Shown here: one piece after another, positions 18,518 to 29,676 of the stretch
Numbering within the stretch: the first letter of the stretch is position 1
Layout of the letters: each line of letters begins with the position of its first letter
Assembly (NCBI GenBank): GCA_002011165.2
Contig: MTMI02000007.1
Span: 159,970 to 223,969, forward strand
DNA: 64,000 nt
Direction of reading: 5' to 3'
From: Candidatus Mnemosynella biddleae
GTDB lineage: Archaea > Halobacteriota > Archaeoglobi > Mnemosynellales > Mnemosynellaceae
Program-made: the position numbers and the translations under genes
Notes under the pieces: generated by a model
What the model was told of the DNA's origin: nothing
Seen by the model: only the letters and a program-made list of their open reading frames with translations
The model's database searches: none

Positions 18518-19306
18518 TTGATGACCATGAAAGTTGGGGTACTTGGACCTCCTGGAACTTACTCAGAGAAGGCGGCACTCAGAAAATTCTCCAAAGATTC
18601 GCTGGTTTACTTCAAGAGCATTACCGAAATAGTTGAAAAAGTTAGTAGGGGTGAGATTGAGAAAGGCGTCATTCCTATTGAAAACTCGCTCGAGGGAGGC
18701 GTCACTGAAAGCCTTGATGCACTGGTTGAACATGAGGTAGGAATCGTTGATGAAATACTTCTGGAAATCCGCCATTGTCTTGTTGCAAAAGATGATTCAG
18801 AAATCACCATAATTCTCTCTCATCCTCAAGCTCTTGCTCAGTGTAGGAAATTTTTGAATCGAAAATATCCGAATGTTGAGTTGAGAGAGGCTACGAGCAC
18901 GATGCATGCTGCAAAAATTGCGCAGGAGATAAAGGGCGTTGGCGCGATAGCTCCATGCAATTCCGCAGAGAAATACGGATTGAAGATAATCGAAAGAGAC
19001 ATTCAGGACGGGGAGAATGTAACAAGATTCTTTGTCATCTCCAAAAAACCGAGAATTGATGGCAGAAAATCCTCCATAATCGTTTTTCCGTTTGAGGATA
19101 AACCCGGGACTCTGGTCAGAATCTTGAAGCCATTTGCAGACGAAGGGATCAATCTCACTAAAATAGAGTCGAGACCCACCAAAAAAAGGCTTGGAGATTA
19201 TCTCTTCTTTATTGATTTTCAGGGATCTTTGAGCGAAGAAAGAGTAAAAAGAGCATTGAAGAAAGTCAGAAAGATCTCAAAGGTTAAGATACTGGGATCG
19301 TATTGA
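18518..19306 (+). CDS. pheA: prephenate dehydratase with C-terminal ACT domain
   Basis: N-terminus VGVLGPPGTYSE, then NVTRFFVIS, and the ACT region DKPGTLVRILKPFADEGINLTKIESRP. Confidence 0.85.
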   Translation: MMTMKVGVLGPPGTYSEKAALRKFSKDSLVYFKSITEIVEKVSRGEIEKGVIPIENSLEGGVTESLDALVEHEVGIVDEILLEIRHCLVAKDDSEITIILSHPQALAQCRKFLNRKYPNVELREATSTMHAAKIAQEIKGVGAIAPCNSAEKYGLKIIERDIQDGENVTRFFVISKKPRIDGRKSSIIVFPFEDKPGTLVRILKPFADEGINLTKIESRPTKKRLGDYLFFIDFQGSLSEERVKRALKKVRKISKVKILGSY

Positions 19307-19908
19307 GTATGATAGAAATTTTATTCTACGGACTCTTCATGGGCTATACAGGAGCCATTCCACCTGGACCAGTTTTAGCATCTACGCTCCATTTTTCGAT
19401 GAGAAAAGGATTTCTCTCGGGTTTCAGAGTTGTTTTGGGTCATCTGGTAATAGAAGCTCTCCTTATACCACTCCTTTTAGCCGGAATAATCTCTGCTCTT
19501 CAGCATCATGAGGCATTCTTGGGGTTAATTGGAGGAGGGACTCTTATTATTTTTGGAGCTTTATTGATCAGGTCAGGAAGAGAAGAAATTAGAGATTCTT
19601 CGTTCGAAAGTCCTATTTTTGCGGGGGTGCTGACTTCTTCTTCGAATCCATACTTCTGGATCTGGTGGGCTACTGTAGGTCTTGCAATGCTCGGAGAAGC
19701 TGTGAAATACGCTTACGTTGGAATTGCCCTCTTTATTACAGGCCACTGGATTGCAGATCTTTCTTGGTATGCGTTCGTATCTTTCACAGCCTCGAAAACA
19801 TCTGGGGTGATGAGCGAGAGAAAAAGAACTCTTTTATTGAAGATAGTTTCGACTTCTATGATTCTTTTCGGAATTTACTTCATTCTCCGATCTCAGCACA
19901 TTTTATAA
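19303..19908 (+). CDS. LysE/RhtB-family amino-acid exporter
   Basis: About 200 aa with 6 TM segments. The N-terminal GAIPPGPV motif is typical of the family. Confidence 0.7.
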   Translation: MSMIEILFYGLFMGYTGAIPPGPVLASTLHFSMRKGFLSGFRVVLGHLVIEALLIPLLLAGIISALQHHEAFLGLIGGGTLIIFGALLIRSGREEIRDSSFESPIFAGVLTSSSNPYFWIWWATVGLAMLGEAVKYAYVGIALFITGHWIADLSWYAFVSFTASKTSGVMSERKRTLLLKIVSTSMILFGIYFILRSQHIL

Positions 19909-19933
19909 ATTTCAGAGACGAATTTTCAATGAG

Positions 19934-20650
19934 GTGAGTGAAATAGAGATTGAAGTCGTGCTTGTGGAACCAAAATACGATGGAAATATCGGTGCAGTTG
20001 CCAGAGTTATGAAGAATTTTGGCTTCAAGTCACTCACTCTTGTAAGTCCATGTGAAATAGGAGATTTTGGAAGAGCAATGGCATCTCATGCAAGGGACAT
20101 CCTTGAAAATGCGAGGATAATCTCCTCTATTGATGAGATCGAGGCAGACATTTTGGTGGGAACAACAAGTATAAGTGGAAGAGATGATGCAGACCATCTC
20201 AGATATCCGTGTCTCACTCCAGAAGAGCTTATCAGGGGGCTTAAAGGAGTAAAAGGGAGAGTTGCAATTCTTTTCGGTAGAGAGGATTTCGGATTGTTCA
20301 ATGAAGAGCTTCGAAAGTGTCATATACTCGTTAAAATTCTGACAAATCCAGAGTATCCAACACTGAATCTTTCCCATGCAGTTGCGATAGTTCTCTATGA
20401 GATGAGCAAGATGAGGGGGAGAGGTGAACGAAAAGTTACCAGAAAAGAGAACATTGAGAGATTGATGAGACATCTTGATGAACTCTTTGAAGAACTCTCA
20501 TATCCGAAATACAAAAAAGATAAAACGTTGATGATAGTTTATAGGATTATAGGAAGAGCATCTCTCACAACGAGGGAATACATGACCCTTATGGGTATTA
20601 TAAGAAGGATAAGGAGGAGATTGAAATCACTCAAAGAGGAAGGTTCATGA
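19934..20650 (+). CDS. SpoU/TrmJ-class tRNA 2'-O-methyltransferase
   Basis: VVLVEPKYDGNIGAVARVMKNFG, then ILFGREDFGL and LNLSHAVAIVLYE (SPOUT knot motifs). Confidence 0.75.
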   Translation: MSEIEIEVVLVEPKYDGNIGAVARVMKNFGFKSLTLVSPCEIGDFGRAMASHARDILENARIISSIDEIEADILVGTTSISGRDDADHLRYPCLTPEELIRGLKGVKGRVAILFGREDFGLFNEELRKCHILVKILTNPEYPTLNLSHAVAIVLYEMSKMRGRGERKVTRKENIERLMRHLDELFEELSYPKYKKDKTLMIVYRIIGRASLTTREYMTLMGIIRRIRRRLKSLKEEGS

Positions 20651-21684
20651 ATTTTTGCAGAGAACATCAATGGGAGTTGACTTTGGTTCTCATTTTCCTT
20701 TTCTTTACCGCAATCCTATGCTACTTTTTCCTTCCACTCCTCACGAGCATCGTCTTGGGATTCGTTTTTGCATATGTGGCGAGACCGATAAAAAGATGGT
20801 TTGAAATTGAATTTCAAAAACAGATAGCTTCAATGATAGCAACTGCACTTGTGATAACTCCCATAGCCCTCATTTTTATCTTTGGACTTCTCGAAGCAAT
20901 AAATCAATTTATCTGGATTTTGGGAAATGTGGATACTTTTCAGGAGGCCATAATAGATCTCACTGTAACTTTGGGATTACCGGAGTTTATGAGAGAATAC
21001 ATAATTATGAACTTTCCGAAGCTTTTTGAGCAATTAAGGACACTGCTTCCAAGTTTAGCTGGAGCAAAGCAAACAAAAGACATTGCTCTTCTAGTTCTAA
21101 ATTTCTTCATCTCGATCTTTGTCTGCTATTATCTTCTCGTGGATGGAATAAAGATCTATAATTTCATTTTGACATTGGTTCCTGAAGACAGAAGAGAAGA
21201 AGTAAGGAGGTTTCTTCTGAGAACCGATGACATGCTCTCAGGTCTTTTCATAGGAAACTTCTTCATGTCCATTATCATCAGTTTGATGTCTGTCCCCTTC
21301 TTCCTCTTCTTCAAAATCCCTCTGATCGCTCTTCTAGCTTCTCTCATGTTCCTCGCAGCTCTTATCCCGATACTTGCAGAGTGGATGGTTCTTGTACCTG
21401 TTGCCCTCTATGTTCTCATTTCAAGAAGCACTGGAGAGGCATTTATCTTCTTCATTTCAGGTGCTATATTCCTCTACATCATTCCAGAGATGATTCTCAG
21501 ACCTTATTTCGTCGGCTATACATCTGGAGTCAATCCCGCACTGCTTCTACTGGCCTTCCTTGGTGGAGGTATAATAGGAGGGGTAGCTGGATTTTTCCTT
21601 GCACCAACATTTTTAGTAATAGCAACAGCATTTTATAGAGAGTTCATATATGAAGCATGTGAAGCGTCTGAGAGTAGCGGTTGA
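20647..21684 (+). CDS. AI-2E/PerM (UPF0118) family membrane transporter
   Basis: 345 aa, multi-TM, with the typical family layout and a conserved C-terminal PxxLxP-like region. Confidence 0.7.
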   Translation: MNFCREHQWELTLVLIFLFFTAILCYFFLPLLTSIVLGFVFAYVARPIKRWFEIEFQKQIASMIATALVITPIALIFIFGLLEAINQFIWILGNVDTFQEAIIDLTVTLGLPEFMREYIIMNFPKLFEQLRTLLPSLAGAKQTKDIALLVLNFFISIFVCYYLLVDGIKIYNFILTLVPEDRREEVRRFLLRTDDMLSGLFIGNFFMSIIISLMSVPFFLFFKIPLIALLASLMFLAALIPILAEWMVLVPVALYVLISRSTGEAFIFFISGAIFLYIIPEMILRPYFVGYTSGVNPALLLLAFLGGGIIGGVAGFFLAPTFLVIATAFYREFIYEACEASESSG

Positions 21685-22876
21685 GAATTACGGGTGTACA
21701 GCTAATTTAGCTCAGGGAAGCAGAATAGAGGGCTTGCTCAGAGAGAGCGGATTAGAGATATGTTCTCCAGAAGAAGCAGATGTTGTGATTGTGAATACAT
21801 GCGGAGTGATAGAGTATACCGAGAGGAAGATTCTCAAAAGAATAGAAAAGCTGAAAAAGAGCAAAAAAGTCGTCGTAACTGGATGTCTTCCAGCTTTAAG
21901 AGACATTTCTGGTGAAAACATAATAGCTTCGATATCTGGAGGAGATTTGGATAAGATCTCTAAAATTTTCTCAGTAGAAGCGAAAAAAGTTTTTCCTCAA
22001 CCTTACGGTGTTATGGCAGCAGTAGATATAGCGAGCGGTTGTTTAAACTCATGCTCTTACTGTGCGGTGAGGCTTGCAAAAGGAAAATTGAGAAGTAGAA
22101 GAGTCGAGGAAATCGAAGAAGAAGTTAGATATCTAGTCTCAAGAGGAGTTAAGGAAATTGAGATAACTTCACAGGACAACTCATCTTATGGTTTGGACAT
22201 TGGAGCATCTCTTCCAGAGCTTCTAGAAAGAATCTGCTCTATTGAGGGAGATTTTAGAATTCGAGTTGGCATGATGAATCCAAAAACCCTTCTCCCAATT
22301 CTAGATGAGGTGTTGAAGTCAATGAGAGATGAGAAGATCTTCAAGTTCTTCCACGTTCCAGTGCAATCCGGGTCGAACAGAATTCTGGAGATGATGAGAA
22401 GAGGATATACGGTTGATGAGTTTCTTGAAATACACGAAGCCATCAAGAGAAACTTCTCCGATTTCACGTTCTCAACAGATGTAATTGTTGGATTTCCCGG
22501 GGAGATAGAGGAAGATTTTGAGATGACGAAGAAGTTGATAGAGAGGATCAGACCGGATAAACTGAATATCACGAGATATTCTCCAAGGAAGGGGACGGAG
22601 GCTTATAAGCTTGGAGACATGCACGGAAGAATAAAGAAGGCTCGATCTAGAGAGCTTTACAGAATTCACAATGAGATATCATTGTCTTTGAACAAAAGAA
22701 AGCTCAATGAGATAGCTGACGTCCTCGTTACCGAGAAAGGGAAAAATGGGAGCGTTATTGCGAGAGATGATGCATACAGAAATGTGGTCATAAGAAAAGA
22801 AATCTCTTTGGGAACTCGTCTCAGAGTGAAATTCGTTGAGGCAACTCCAACTTATTTAGTCGGGGAAACTCTATGA
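21650..22876 (+). CDS. MiaB-like radical SAM methylthiotransferase, archaeal type (probable ms2t6A/MtaB-like)
   Basis: UPF0004 N-domain (VENYGCTANL...NTCGV), radical SAM CLNSCSYC, and a C-terminal TRAM-like domain. Confidence 0.85.
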   Translation: MKHVKRLRVAVENYGCTANLAQGSRIEGLLRESGLEICSPEEADVVIVNTCGVIEYTERKILKRIEKLKKSKKVVVTGCLPALRDISGENIIASISGGDLDKISKIFSVEAKKVFPQPYGVMAAVDIASGCLNSCSYCAVRLAKGKLRSRRVEEIEEEVRYLVSRGVKEIEITSQDNSSYGLDIGASLPELLERICSIEGDFRIRVGMMNPKTLLPILDEVLKSMRDEKIFKFFHVPVQSGSNRILEMMRRGYTVDEFLEIHEAIKRNFSDFTFSTDVIVGFPGEIEEDFEMTKKLIERIRPDKLNITRYSPRKGTEAYKLGDMHGRIKKARSRELYRIHNEISLSLNKRKLNEIADVLVTEKGKNGSVIARDDAYRNVVIRKEISLGTRLRVKFVEATPTYLVGETL

Positions 22877-22915
22877 AAGAAAGATTAATTAAGAGTTTTT
22901 GATAATTGAGCTTTT

Positions 22916-24766
22916 ATGCGTTTGCTACTGATTCATGCACATTACATGAAATATGGCGTAAGAGAGAAGACGAAAGTAGCCGAAGAAATTAGGGATGATG
23001 AGAGAGAAGGAGAAGCAGAAAACGTTCTAGTTGTTTTCACTGCAGTAGAGAAAGACGATGAGAAAAATCCAGAAGAAATCGTCAAATCCGCAAGCGAAGA
23101 GATAAAAAAGATTCGAGATGACGTTGGAGCTTCAAGAGTCCTCATATATCCATATGCCCATCTTAGCGATAATCTGGCATCACCCTCATTTGCAGTTAAA
23201 ATTCTAGAAGATCTGAAGAAGTCTATAGATGGAGAAGTAATGAGAGCGCCTTTTGGGTGGTACAAGTATTTTGAGATAAGGTGCAAGGGACATCCTCTTT
23301 CTGAGCTCTCAAGAACAATCAAAGGAGAGGAAGTTCCAGAGGCTTTGAGAAAAGAGGAGAAGATTGAATCACATTGGTATGTCCTTTTCGATGAAAATCT
23401 CATTGAGATTGATAATTTCGACTTTTCTTCTTATCCCAAGCTGAAGGAGTTTGCAGAGTATGAAATTTCGAAAAGTAGAGCCGTGGATAAAGTTCCGCCT
23501 CACGTGAAGCTGATGAGAAGGCTTGAGATTGCAGATTACGAGAGTGCCTCGGATCCCGGAAATCTGAGATATTACCCCAAAGGAAGACTCATAAAATCTC
23601 TTATCGAGGAATACGTGACGAGAAAAGTCATAGAATACGGTGCGATGGAAGTTGAAACCCCAATAATGTATGATATGGAGCATCCATCTTTAAAAAGATA
23701 TCTCGATAGATTTCCTGCAAGGCAGTATGTAATAGAATCCGATAAAAGGAGATTCTTCTTGAGATTTGCAGCTTGTTTCGGTCAGTTTCTCATGACTCAT
23801 GATTTTACGATATCATATAGAGCTCTTCCCTTAAGGCTTTTTGAGCTCACGAGATATTCTTTCAGAAGAGAGCAGAGAGGAGAGCTCGTCGGTCTCAGAA
23901 GATTGAGAACCTTTACAATGCCAGATATGCATACAGTATGCAGAAATATGGAAGAAGCCATTAAAGAGTTTGAGGACCAATTCAAGTTCTCCATTTCAGT
24001 TCTTAAAGACATTGGACTCACACCGATAGACTATGAGGTGGCTATAAGATTTGACAGAGAATTTTATGAGAAAAATAAAGACTTCATTCACAGACTTCAG
24101 AAAATCATCGGAAAGCCAGTTCTTGTTGAGATGTGGGACGAGAGATTCTTCTATTTCACCCTGAAATTCGAATTCAATTTTGTAGATGCTCTTTCGAAGG
24201 CTTCTGCTCTCTCGACGGTTCAGATAGATGTTGAGAATGCGGAGAGATATGAAATAACCTATGTGGATGAGGAAGGGAAGAGGAAGTATCCAATCATACT
24301 TCACTGTTCACCGAGTGGAGCGATAGAAAGGTGTATTTATGCACTTCTCGAAAAGGCTTCAATGGAGAGCGAAAAGGGAAACCTCCCCATGTTTCCGGTT
24401 TGGCTCTCTCCAACTCAGTTGAGATTGATTCCAGTAAGCTTAGAGTTCAATGAGTATGCTGAGAGAATAGCGGAGAAATTTGAGGGTGTGAGAGTTGATA
24501 TAGATGACAGAGACGTTACAGTAGGGAAGAAAATCAGGGAAGCGAGTATGGAGTGGATTCCTTACGTTGCCGTGATAGGAGAGAAAGAAGTGAGAAGTGG
24601 AAAGCTATCAGTGACGATAAGGAGTAAATCCTCTATCAAAAGTCCAAAAATAGTCGAAATGACTCCAGAAGAGCTTGAAAAGAAGATAAAAGAAGAGTGT
24701 AGAGGATTTCCGTTTAAGCCTCTTCCACTCCCGAAGAAACTCTCAAGCAGACCAAAGTTCGTCTAA
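22916..24766 (+). CDS. thrS: threonyl-tRNA synthetase, archaeal type with N-terminal editing domain
   Basis: 616 aa. An archaeal editing domain ([10 protein letters not shown]...YPYAHLS) precedes class II motifs ([24 protein letters not shown]) and an anticodon-binding domain. Confidence 0.92.
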   Translation: MRLLLIHAHYMKYGVREKTKVAEEIRDDEREGEAENVLVVFTAVEKDDEKNPEEIVKSASEEIKKIRDDVGASRVLIYPYAHLSDNLASPSFAVKILEDLKKSIDGEVMRAPFGWYKYFEIRCKGHPLSELSRTIKGEEVPEALRKEEKIESHWYVLFDENLIEIDNFDFSSYPKLKEFAEYEISKSRAVDKVPPHVKLMRRLEIADYESASDPGNLRYYPKGRLIKSLIEEYVTRKVIEYGAMEVETPIMYDMEHPSLKRYLDRFPARQYVIESDKRRFFLRFAACFGQFLMTHDFTISYRALPLRLFELTRYSFRREQRGELVGLRRLRTFTMPDMHTVCRNMEEAIKEFEDQFKFSISVLKDIGLTPIDYEVAIRFDREFYEKNKDFIHRLQKIIGKPVLVEMWDERFFYFTLKFEFNFVDALSKASALSTVQIDVENAERYEITYVDEEGKRKYPIILHCSPSGAIERCIYALLEKASMESEKGNLPMFPVWLSPTQLRLIPVSLEFNEYAERIAEKFEGVRVDIDDRDVTVGKKIREASMEWIPYVAVIGEKEVRSGKLSVTIRSKSSIKSPKIVEMTPEELEKKIKEECRGFPFKPLPLPKKLSSRPKFV

Positions 24767-27402
24767 AGTTTCTTCAAGACCTCCTGAGCTGCGGAGAGTC
24801 TCGCAACTGGAATTCTGTAGGGGGAACTCGAGACGTAATCCATTCCTACTCTGTGGCAGAACTCTATGGATCTTGGATCTCCTCCGTGCTCTCCACATAT
24901 TCCCACTTTCAGCTCTGGATTTGCACTTTTTCCTTTTTCAACCGCTATTCTCATGAGCTCACCAACCCCTTCTTGATCAAGTGTTGAGAAAGGATCCTCG
25001 GGCAGTATTTTCTTCTCCATATAAACATCTATGAATTTTCCATAGTCATCTCTGCTGAAACCAAAGCTCATCTGGGTTAAATCATTTGTTCCGAAAGAGA
25101 AGAATTCCGCCTCTTTTGCAATTTTATCTGCGGTAACTGCAGCTCTTGGCACTTCAATCATGACTCCAATTGAATACTCTATTTCTACTCCATGCTTCTT
25201 CATGACTTCTTCCGCAACTCTCTTTATGACCTCTTTCTGGTCTCGCAACTCATTCACGTGAGAGACCAGAGGAACCATGATTTCGGGAGTGACAGTCTTT
25301 CCTTCCTTCTTCAGCATGCAAGCAGCTTCTATTATAGCTCTTGCCTGCATTTCTGTGATCTCTGGATAGACGATTCCCAGTCTACAGCCTCTGTGTCCAA
25401 GCATAGGGTTGAACTCGTATAGCTCTTCCACTCTTCTCAAAAGCTCTTCTTTCTCTCTAATCTTCTCTTCATCTTCTCCTTTTGCTCTCATCCGTTCTAT
25501 TTCAACTCTCAATTCTTCCCTTTTCGGCAGGAACTCATGCAAAGGCATGTCGAGAGTTCTTATCGTCACTGGGAATCCTTCCATTACTTTGAATATCTCA
25601 TAGAAATCGTTTCTCTGATGCTCAAAAATCTCGTTAAGAGCCTCTCTCCTCTCCTCTGGAGTCCTTGCCATAATCATCCTCTGAACGCTTGGGAGTCTGG
25701 ATGGGTGGAAGAACATGTGTTCGGTTCTGCAGAGTCCTATTCCCTCTGCTCCAAATTCTCTGGCTTTTCTTGCATCTTCTGGGGTATCTGCATTCGCTCT
25801 TATTCCAAGTCTTCTGATCTCGTCTGCCCAGCTTAGAAGAACTTCGAGTTCTCCTCTGATCTGAGGCTCAATTGTGGGGACTTTACCAACGATTACATCT
25901 CCTGTATATCCATCTATAGTTATCCACTCACCTTCTTTTATCACCTGATCTTTTACTCGGACCTCCTTCCTCTCTTCATCTATATCGAGCTCTTCACATC
26001 CAACTACACAAGGACGACCCATTCCTCTTGCTACCACTGCCGCATGGGAGGTCATTCCACCTCTTGAGGTTAAGATCCCTACTGCAGCATGCATTCCATG
26101 AATATCATCAGGAGAAGTCTCAGATCTGACGAGAATCACAGGAGATTCTTTTGCCATCTCAACTGCATCATCTGCGGAGAATACGACTTTTCCGCTTACT
26201 GCACCAGGAGATGCGGGGAGGCCCCGGGCAATTGGGTTAACTTCTACAGAAGGATCTATGATCGGTTGTAGCAGTTTTTCAATCTGCGACGGATCTATTC
26301 GAAGAATTGCCTCCTCTTTACTTATAATTCCTTCTTTTACCATCTCCACAGCAATTCTCACTGCAGCAAGAGGAGTCCTCTTTGCGTCTCTCGTCTGGAG
26401 GAGGTACAACTTACCCTTTTCCACTGTAAACTCGAAGTCCTGCACCTCTCTATAATGCTTCTCCAGAAGTTTTGCAGTCCTCTTCAATTCTTCGTAGATC
26501 TTCGGATTCTCCTCTTTCAGCTTACTCAATGGCATCGGCGTCCTTATACCTGCAACAACATCCTCTCCTTGAGCATTGGTAAGATATTCTCCATAAAGTT
26601 CGTTCTCTCCAGTTGCTGGATTTCGTGTGAAGCCCACACCAGTTCCTGAGTCACTTCCAAGATTTCCAAAGACCATGGTCTGAATATTTGCAGCAGTTCC
26701 GAGGTCATCAGGAATCTTGTTCAATCTTCTATACGTTATCGCTCTTGGATTGTTCCATGATTTGAAAACTGCTATTATCGCTCTTTTCAGCTGTTCTCTT
26801 GGATTCTGAGGAAACTCCTCTCCAGTATGCTTTTTGTAAACTTCTTTGTATATCTCCACGAGCTCTTTGAGGTCTTCAGCATTCAGTTCAGAATCAAATT
26901 TGACACCCTTTTTCTTTTTCATCTCTTCAAGATGCCTTTCAAATTCATCTTTTTCAATCCCCATTACAACATTTCCGAACATCTGAATGAGCCTTCTGTA
27001 TGCATCATAAGCGAATCTCTCGTCTCCTGTAGCTTCTGCCAGTCCCTTAACTATCTCCTCGTTCAATCCTATGTTCAGAATAGTATCCATCATACCTGGC
27101 ATTGAGAACTTAGCCCCAGAGCGGACTGAAACGAGAAGAGGGTTCTTTTTGTCTCCAAATTTCTTCCCTGTTGCATCTTCCAGCTTCTTCAAATATTTCT
27201 CAAGTTCTTCTTCAAATCCTTCTGGAAGCCTTCCTTCCTTCACATAGTATTTGCAGACTTCGGTAGTAATGGTAAATCCAGGTGGTACAGGGAGTCCGAG
27301 ATTCGCCATTTCAGCTAAGTTAGCTCCCTTTCCTCCAAGAAGGCCTCTCATCTGTGCATTTCCTTCGGTCTCCTCTCCTCCGAAAAAATAGATCATTTTC
27401 AT
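24763..27402 (-). CDS. ppdK: pyruvate, phosphate dikinase
   Basis: 879 aa with [12 protein letters not shown], the phospho-His loop [13 protein letters not shown] and the C-terminal TNDLTQ and CGEHGGDP. Confidence 0.95.
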   Translation of the reverse strand: MKMIYFFGGEETEGNAQMRGLLGGKGANLAEMANLGLPVPPGFTITTEVCKYYVKEGRLPEGFEEELEKYLKKLEDATGKKFGDKKNPLLVSVRSGAKFSMPGMMDTILNIGLNEEIVKGLAEATGDERFAYDAYRRLIQMFGNVVMGIEKDEFERHLEEMKKKKGVKFDSELNAEDLKELVEIYKEVYKKHTGEEFPQNPREQLKRAIIAVFKSWNNPRAITYRRLNKIPDDLGTAANIQTMVFGNLGSDSGTGVGFTRNPATGENELYGEYLTNAQGEDVVAGIRTPMPLSKLKEENPKIYEELKRTAKLLEKHYREVQDFEFTVEKGKLYLLQTRDAKRTPLAAVRIAVEMVKEGIISKEEAILRIDPSQIEKLLQPIIDPSVEVNPIARGLPASPGAVSGKVVFSADDAVEMAKESPVILVRSETSPDDIHGMHAAVGILTSRGGMTSHAAVVARGMGRPCVVGCEELDIDEERKEVRVKDQVIKEGEWITIDGYTGDVIVGKVPTIEPQIRGELEVLLSWADEIRRLGIRANADTPEDARKAREFGAEGIGLCRTEHMFFHPSRLPSVQRMIMARTPEERREALNEIFEHQRNDFYEIFKVMEGFPVTIRTLDMPLHEFLPKREELRVEIERMRAKGEDEEKIREKEELLRRVEELYEFNPMLGHRGCRLGIVYPEITEMQARAIIEAACMLKKEGKTVTPEIMVPLVSHVNELRDQKEVIKRVAEEVMKKHGVEIEYSIGVMIEVPRAAVTADKIAKEAEFFSFGTNDLTQMSFGFSRDDYGKFIDVYMEKKILPEDPFSTLDQEGVGELMRIAVEKGKSANPELKVGICGEHGGDPRSIEFCHRVGMDYVSSSPYRIPVARLSAAQEVLKKL

Positions 27403-27469
27403 GATTTTTAATTTTGAACAACTCTTATCTTAAATAACTTTCCAAATTTTAATCCGATATAGAAATTCA

Positions 27470-28852
27470 TTAAACTCTCCCAAAATCGTCTTCAAGTCTC
27501 TCTATGTCATCCTCTCCGAGGTAATCTCCCAGCTGAATCTCTATTATTTCGAGAGGCACATCTTCTGGATTTTCAAGTCTGTGAACTTCTCCAAGCGGGA
27601 TAAAAATGTGCTCTCCACTCTTCAGAATCTTTTCAAATTCTCCAACTCTTACTTTTGCATTTCCTCGGATGACAATCCAATGTTCACTTCGATGATGATG
27701 TTTCTGAAGACTCAATCTCCTTCTCGGTTTGACGAAAATCTTCTTCGCTTTCCATCTTTCGCTTTCACCGATAACTGTGAAAGATCCCCAAGGTCTATGA
27801 ACGGTGGGAGAAACTCTTGCTCTCTCGTCACCCCTCTCTTCAAGAATTCTTACGAGCTCTTTAACCCTCTCGGAAGACCCTCTCCGGCAGATAAGAGAGG
27901 CATCTGAGGTTTCAACGAAGATTATATCGCTCACATCAATAAGTGCAACGAGCCTATCCGAAGTGGAGTAAATGAGGTTATCTCTTGATTCAATACAAAC
28001 ACTCTCTCCAATAGCCACATTTCCATTCTCGTCCTTTTCGAAGGTCTCATAAATCGAGTCAAAATTACCAAGATCGCTCCAGAGTACATTAAGGCGAAGA
28101 ACTGCTGCTTTAGAAGTCTTCTCCATTATTCCGCAGTCAAATGATATTTCGGGAAGTCTTGGATAGGCTTTTTCACCATTGTTTTCCAACATCTTAGCTA
28201 TTTCATACTGGTGACACTTGCACTCTTCCTCAAGAGTCTTCAGGCTAAACACAAACATTCCGCTATTCCAGAAATATCCTTCTTCCACATATCTCCTCGC
28301 AGTCTTTTCATCGGGTTTTTCAACGAATTTTTCAACAAAGAAGGCGTTTTCAAATCCTTCTATTCTTCTTCCCGGTTTTATGTAACCGTATCCAGTGTGA
28401 GGTCTTCTCGGGACGATTCCAAAGGTTACTATGTATTTTTTACCGACTTTGAGTGCCTCCCGAAAAACTTTATGATATTCTTCGTTCACTTCTATAAAGT
28501 GATCTGAGGGGAAAACGATAATCAGAGCATCCTCTTCCTCCCTCTTTTTTATTTCAAGAATTGAGTAATAAATCGCTGGGAGAGTGCCCCTCATCTCGGG
28601 TTCAAAGAGCACATTTTCTCGAGGGATCTCTACCTCCATTCTCTCAAGTTCTCTCTCAACTAAAATCTCATGAGTTTTATTTGTGACGATTAAAGTATTT
28701 TGGGGAGACGAGAAGAGTAGAGCTCTCTCTGCAGTTCTTCGGAAAAGAGATTTATCAAAAAGATTGTAAAACTGTTTAGGGTATTCTTCTCTGCTGAGAG
28801 GCCATAGTCTTGTTCCCTTTCCACCAGCCAAGATAATTGAATAAACTTCCAT
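27470..28852 (-). CDS. manC: bifunctional mannose-1-phosphate guanylyltransferase / mannose-6-phosphate isomerase (type II PMI-GMP)
   Basis: ILAGGKGTRLWPLSR at the N-terminus and a C-terminal cupin QKHHHRSEHWIVIRG. I place the start at the internal ATG (MEVYSI), which removes the overlap with the sirtuin gene. Confidence 0.85.
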   Translation of the reverse strand: MEVYSIILAGGKGTRLWPLSREEYPKQFYNLFDKSLFRRTAERALLFSSPQNTLIVTNKTHEILVERELERMEVEIPRENVLFEPEMRGTLPAIYYSILEIKKREEEDALIIVFPSDHFIEVNEEYHKVFREALKVGKKYIVTFGIVPRRPHTGYGYIKPGRRIEGFENAFFVEKFVEKPDEKTARRYVEEGYFWNSGMFVFSLKTLEEECKCHQYEIAKMLENNGEKAYPRLPEISFDCGIMEKTSKAAVLRLNVLWSDLGNFDSIYETFEKDENGNVAIGESVCIESRDNLIYSTSDRLVALIDVSDIIFVETSDASLICRRGSSERVKELVRILEERGDERARVSPTVHRPWGSFTVIGESERWKAKKIFVKPRRRLSLQKHHHRSEHWIVIRGNAKVRVGEFEKILKSGEHIFIPLGEVHRLENPEDVPLEIIEIQLGDYLGEDDIERLEDDFGRV

Positions 28853-28878
28853 CAAAGAAAATTTTAAACCAAGATCTA

Positions 28879-29637
28879 TTAAGACTTTTCCTCGTTCAGC
28901 AACTTGCAAATTTCTTCCATTATTTTTCTCATCGCTTCCACGGCACTCATTCTTATTTTGAAATCTGCAATGTGACTAATGGCAGTCTCTTTTGGATTTA
29001 TCTCTATAATCAAACCCCCCTCTCTTTTCACGATGAGTGGAAGAGATCCCGCGGGTTGAACAATTGCAGAAGTTCCCGCAACTATCATAACATCGCTTTT
29101 AAGAGCTTCTTCTTGGGCCTTTCGGAGGTCCTTCTCTGGAAGAGGTTCTCCAAACCAGACAACTCCAGGACGAAGAAGCCCATCACATTCGCATCTGGGA
29201 AGAGGAGGAATTTTTGGAGGAGAGTTTATCTCAAATTCTTTTCCACACTTCGTGCACATCAGAATTTTCAATCTTCCGTGAAGATGGATGATGTTTTTGT
29301 TTCCAGCTCTCTCGTGAAGATCATCTACATTTTGAGTTATCACTGTTTTGAGAATTCCCATTTTCTCGAGCTCCGCAAAACTTCTGTGGGCTTCATTGGG
29401 TTCTGCGGAGAAGACCTTTTCCATCCTCCACGCATACCATCTCCAAACAAGTTCGGGATCTCTCCAGAAAGCCTCTGGAGTTGCAAGATCTTCGGCTCTG
29501 TATTTTTCCCACAATCCATCCTCATCTCTAAATGTTGGAATGCCACTCTCAGCTGAAAAACCCGCACCGGTAAGAGCGGTTAGATATTTCGATTCCACAA
29601 TCACTTCAGAGATATTCCTCATCAAATAAATCTTCAA
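28879..29637 (-). CDS. cobB: NAD-dependent protein deacylase (sirtuin, CobB/Sir2 family)
   Basis: GAGFSAESGIPTFR, QNVDDLHERAG, and the zinc ribbon CTKCG...CECDG. Confidence 0.9.
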   Translation of the reverse strand: MKIYLMRNISEVIVESKYLTALTGAGFSAESGIPTFRDEDGLWEKYRAEDLATPEAFWRDPELVWRWYAWRMEKVFSAEPNEAHRSFAELEKMGILKTVITQNVDDLHERAGNKNIIHLHGRLKILMCTKCGKEFEINSPPKIPPLPRCECDGLLRPGVVWFGEPLPEKDLRKAQEEALKSDVMIVAGTSAIVQPAGSLPLIVKREGGLIIEINPKETAISHIADFKIRMSAVEAMRKIMEEICKLLNEEKS

Positions 29638-29676
29638 AGGAAAAAGTTTTAAAATGTAACTTTACCATCTCAAGTC

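Noticed and set aside
28837-29556. 239-aa plus-strand ORF antisense to the sirtuin gene.
   Set aside because: The sirtuin reading has all canonical motifs. The antisense product is low-complexity (S/F/L/K/N-rich) with no motif. It is a typical shadow ORF of purine-rich coding sequence.
28879-29637. The Sir2-domain gene as a possible anti-phage NADase (Thoeris/DSR-type defence).
   Set aside because: It is a short canonical sirtuin with a Cys4 zinc ribbon and the full deacylase motifs. It has no fused sensor domain and no ThsB/TIR or other partner, and it sits in a housekeeping context.
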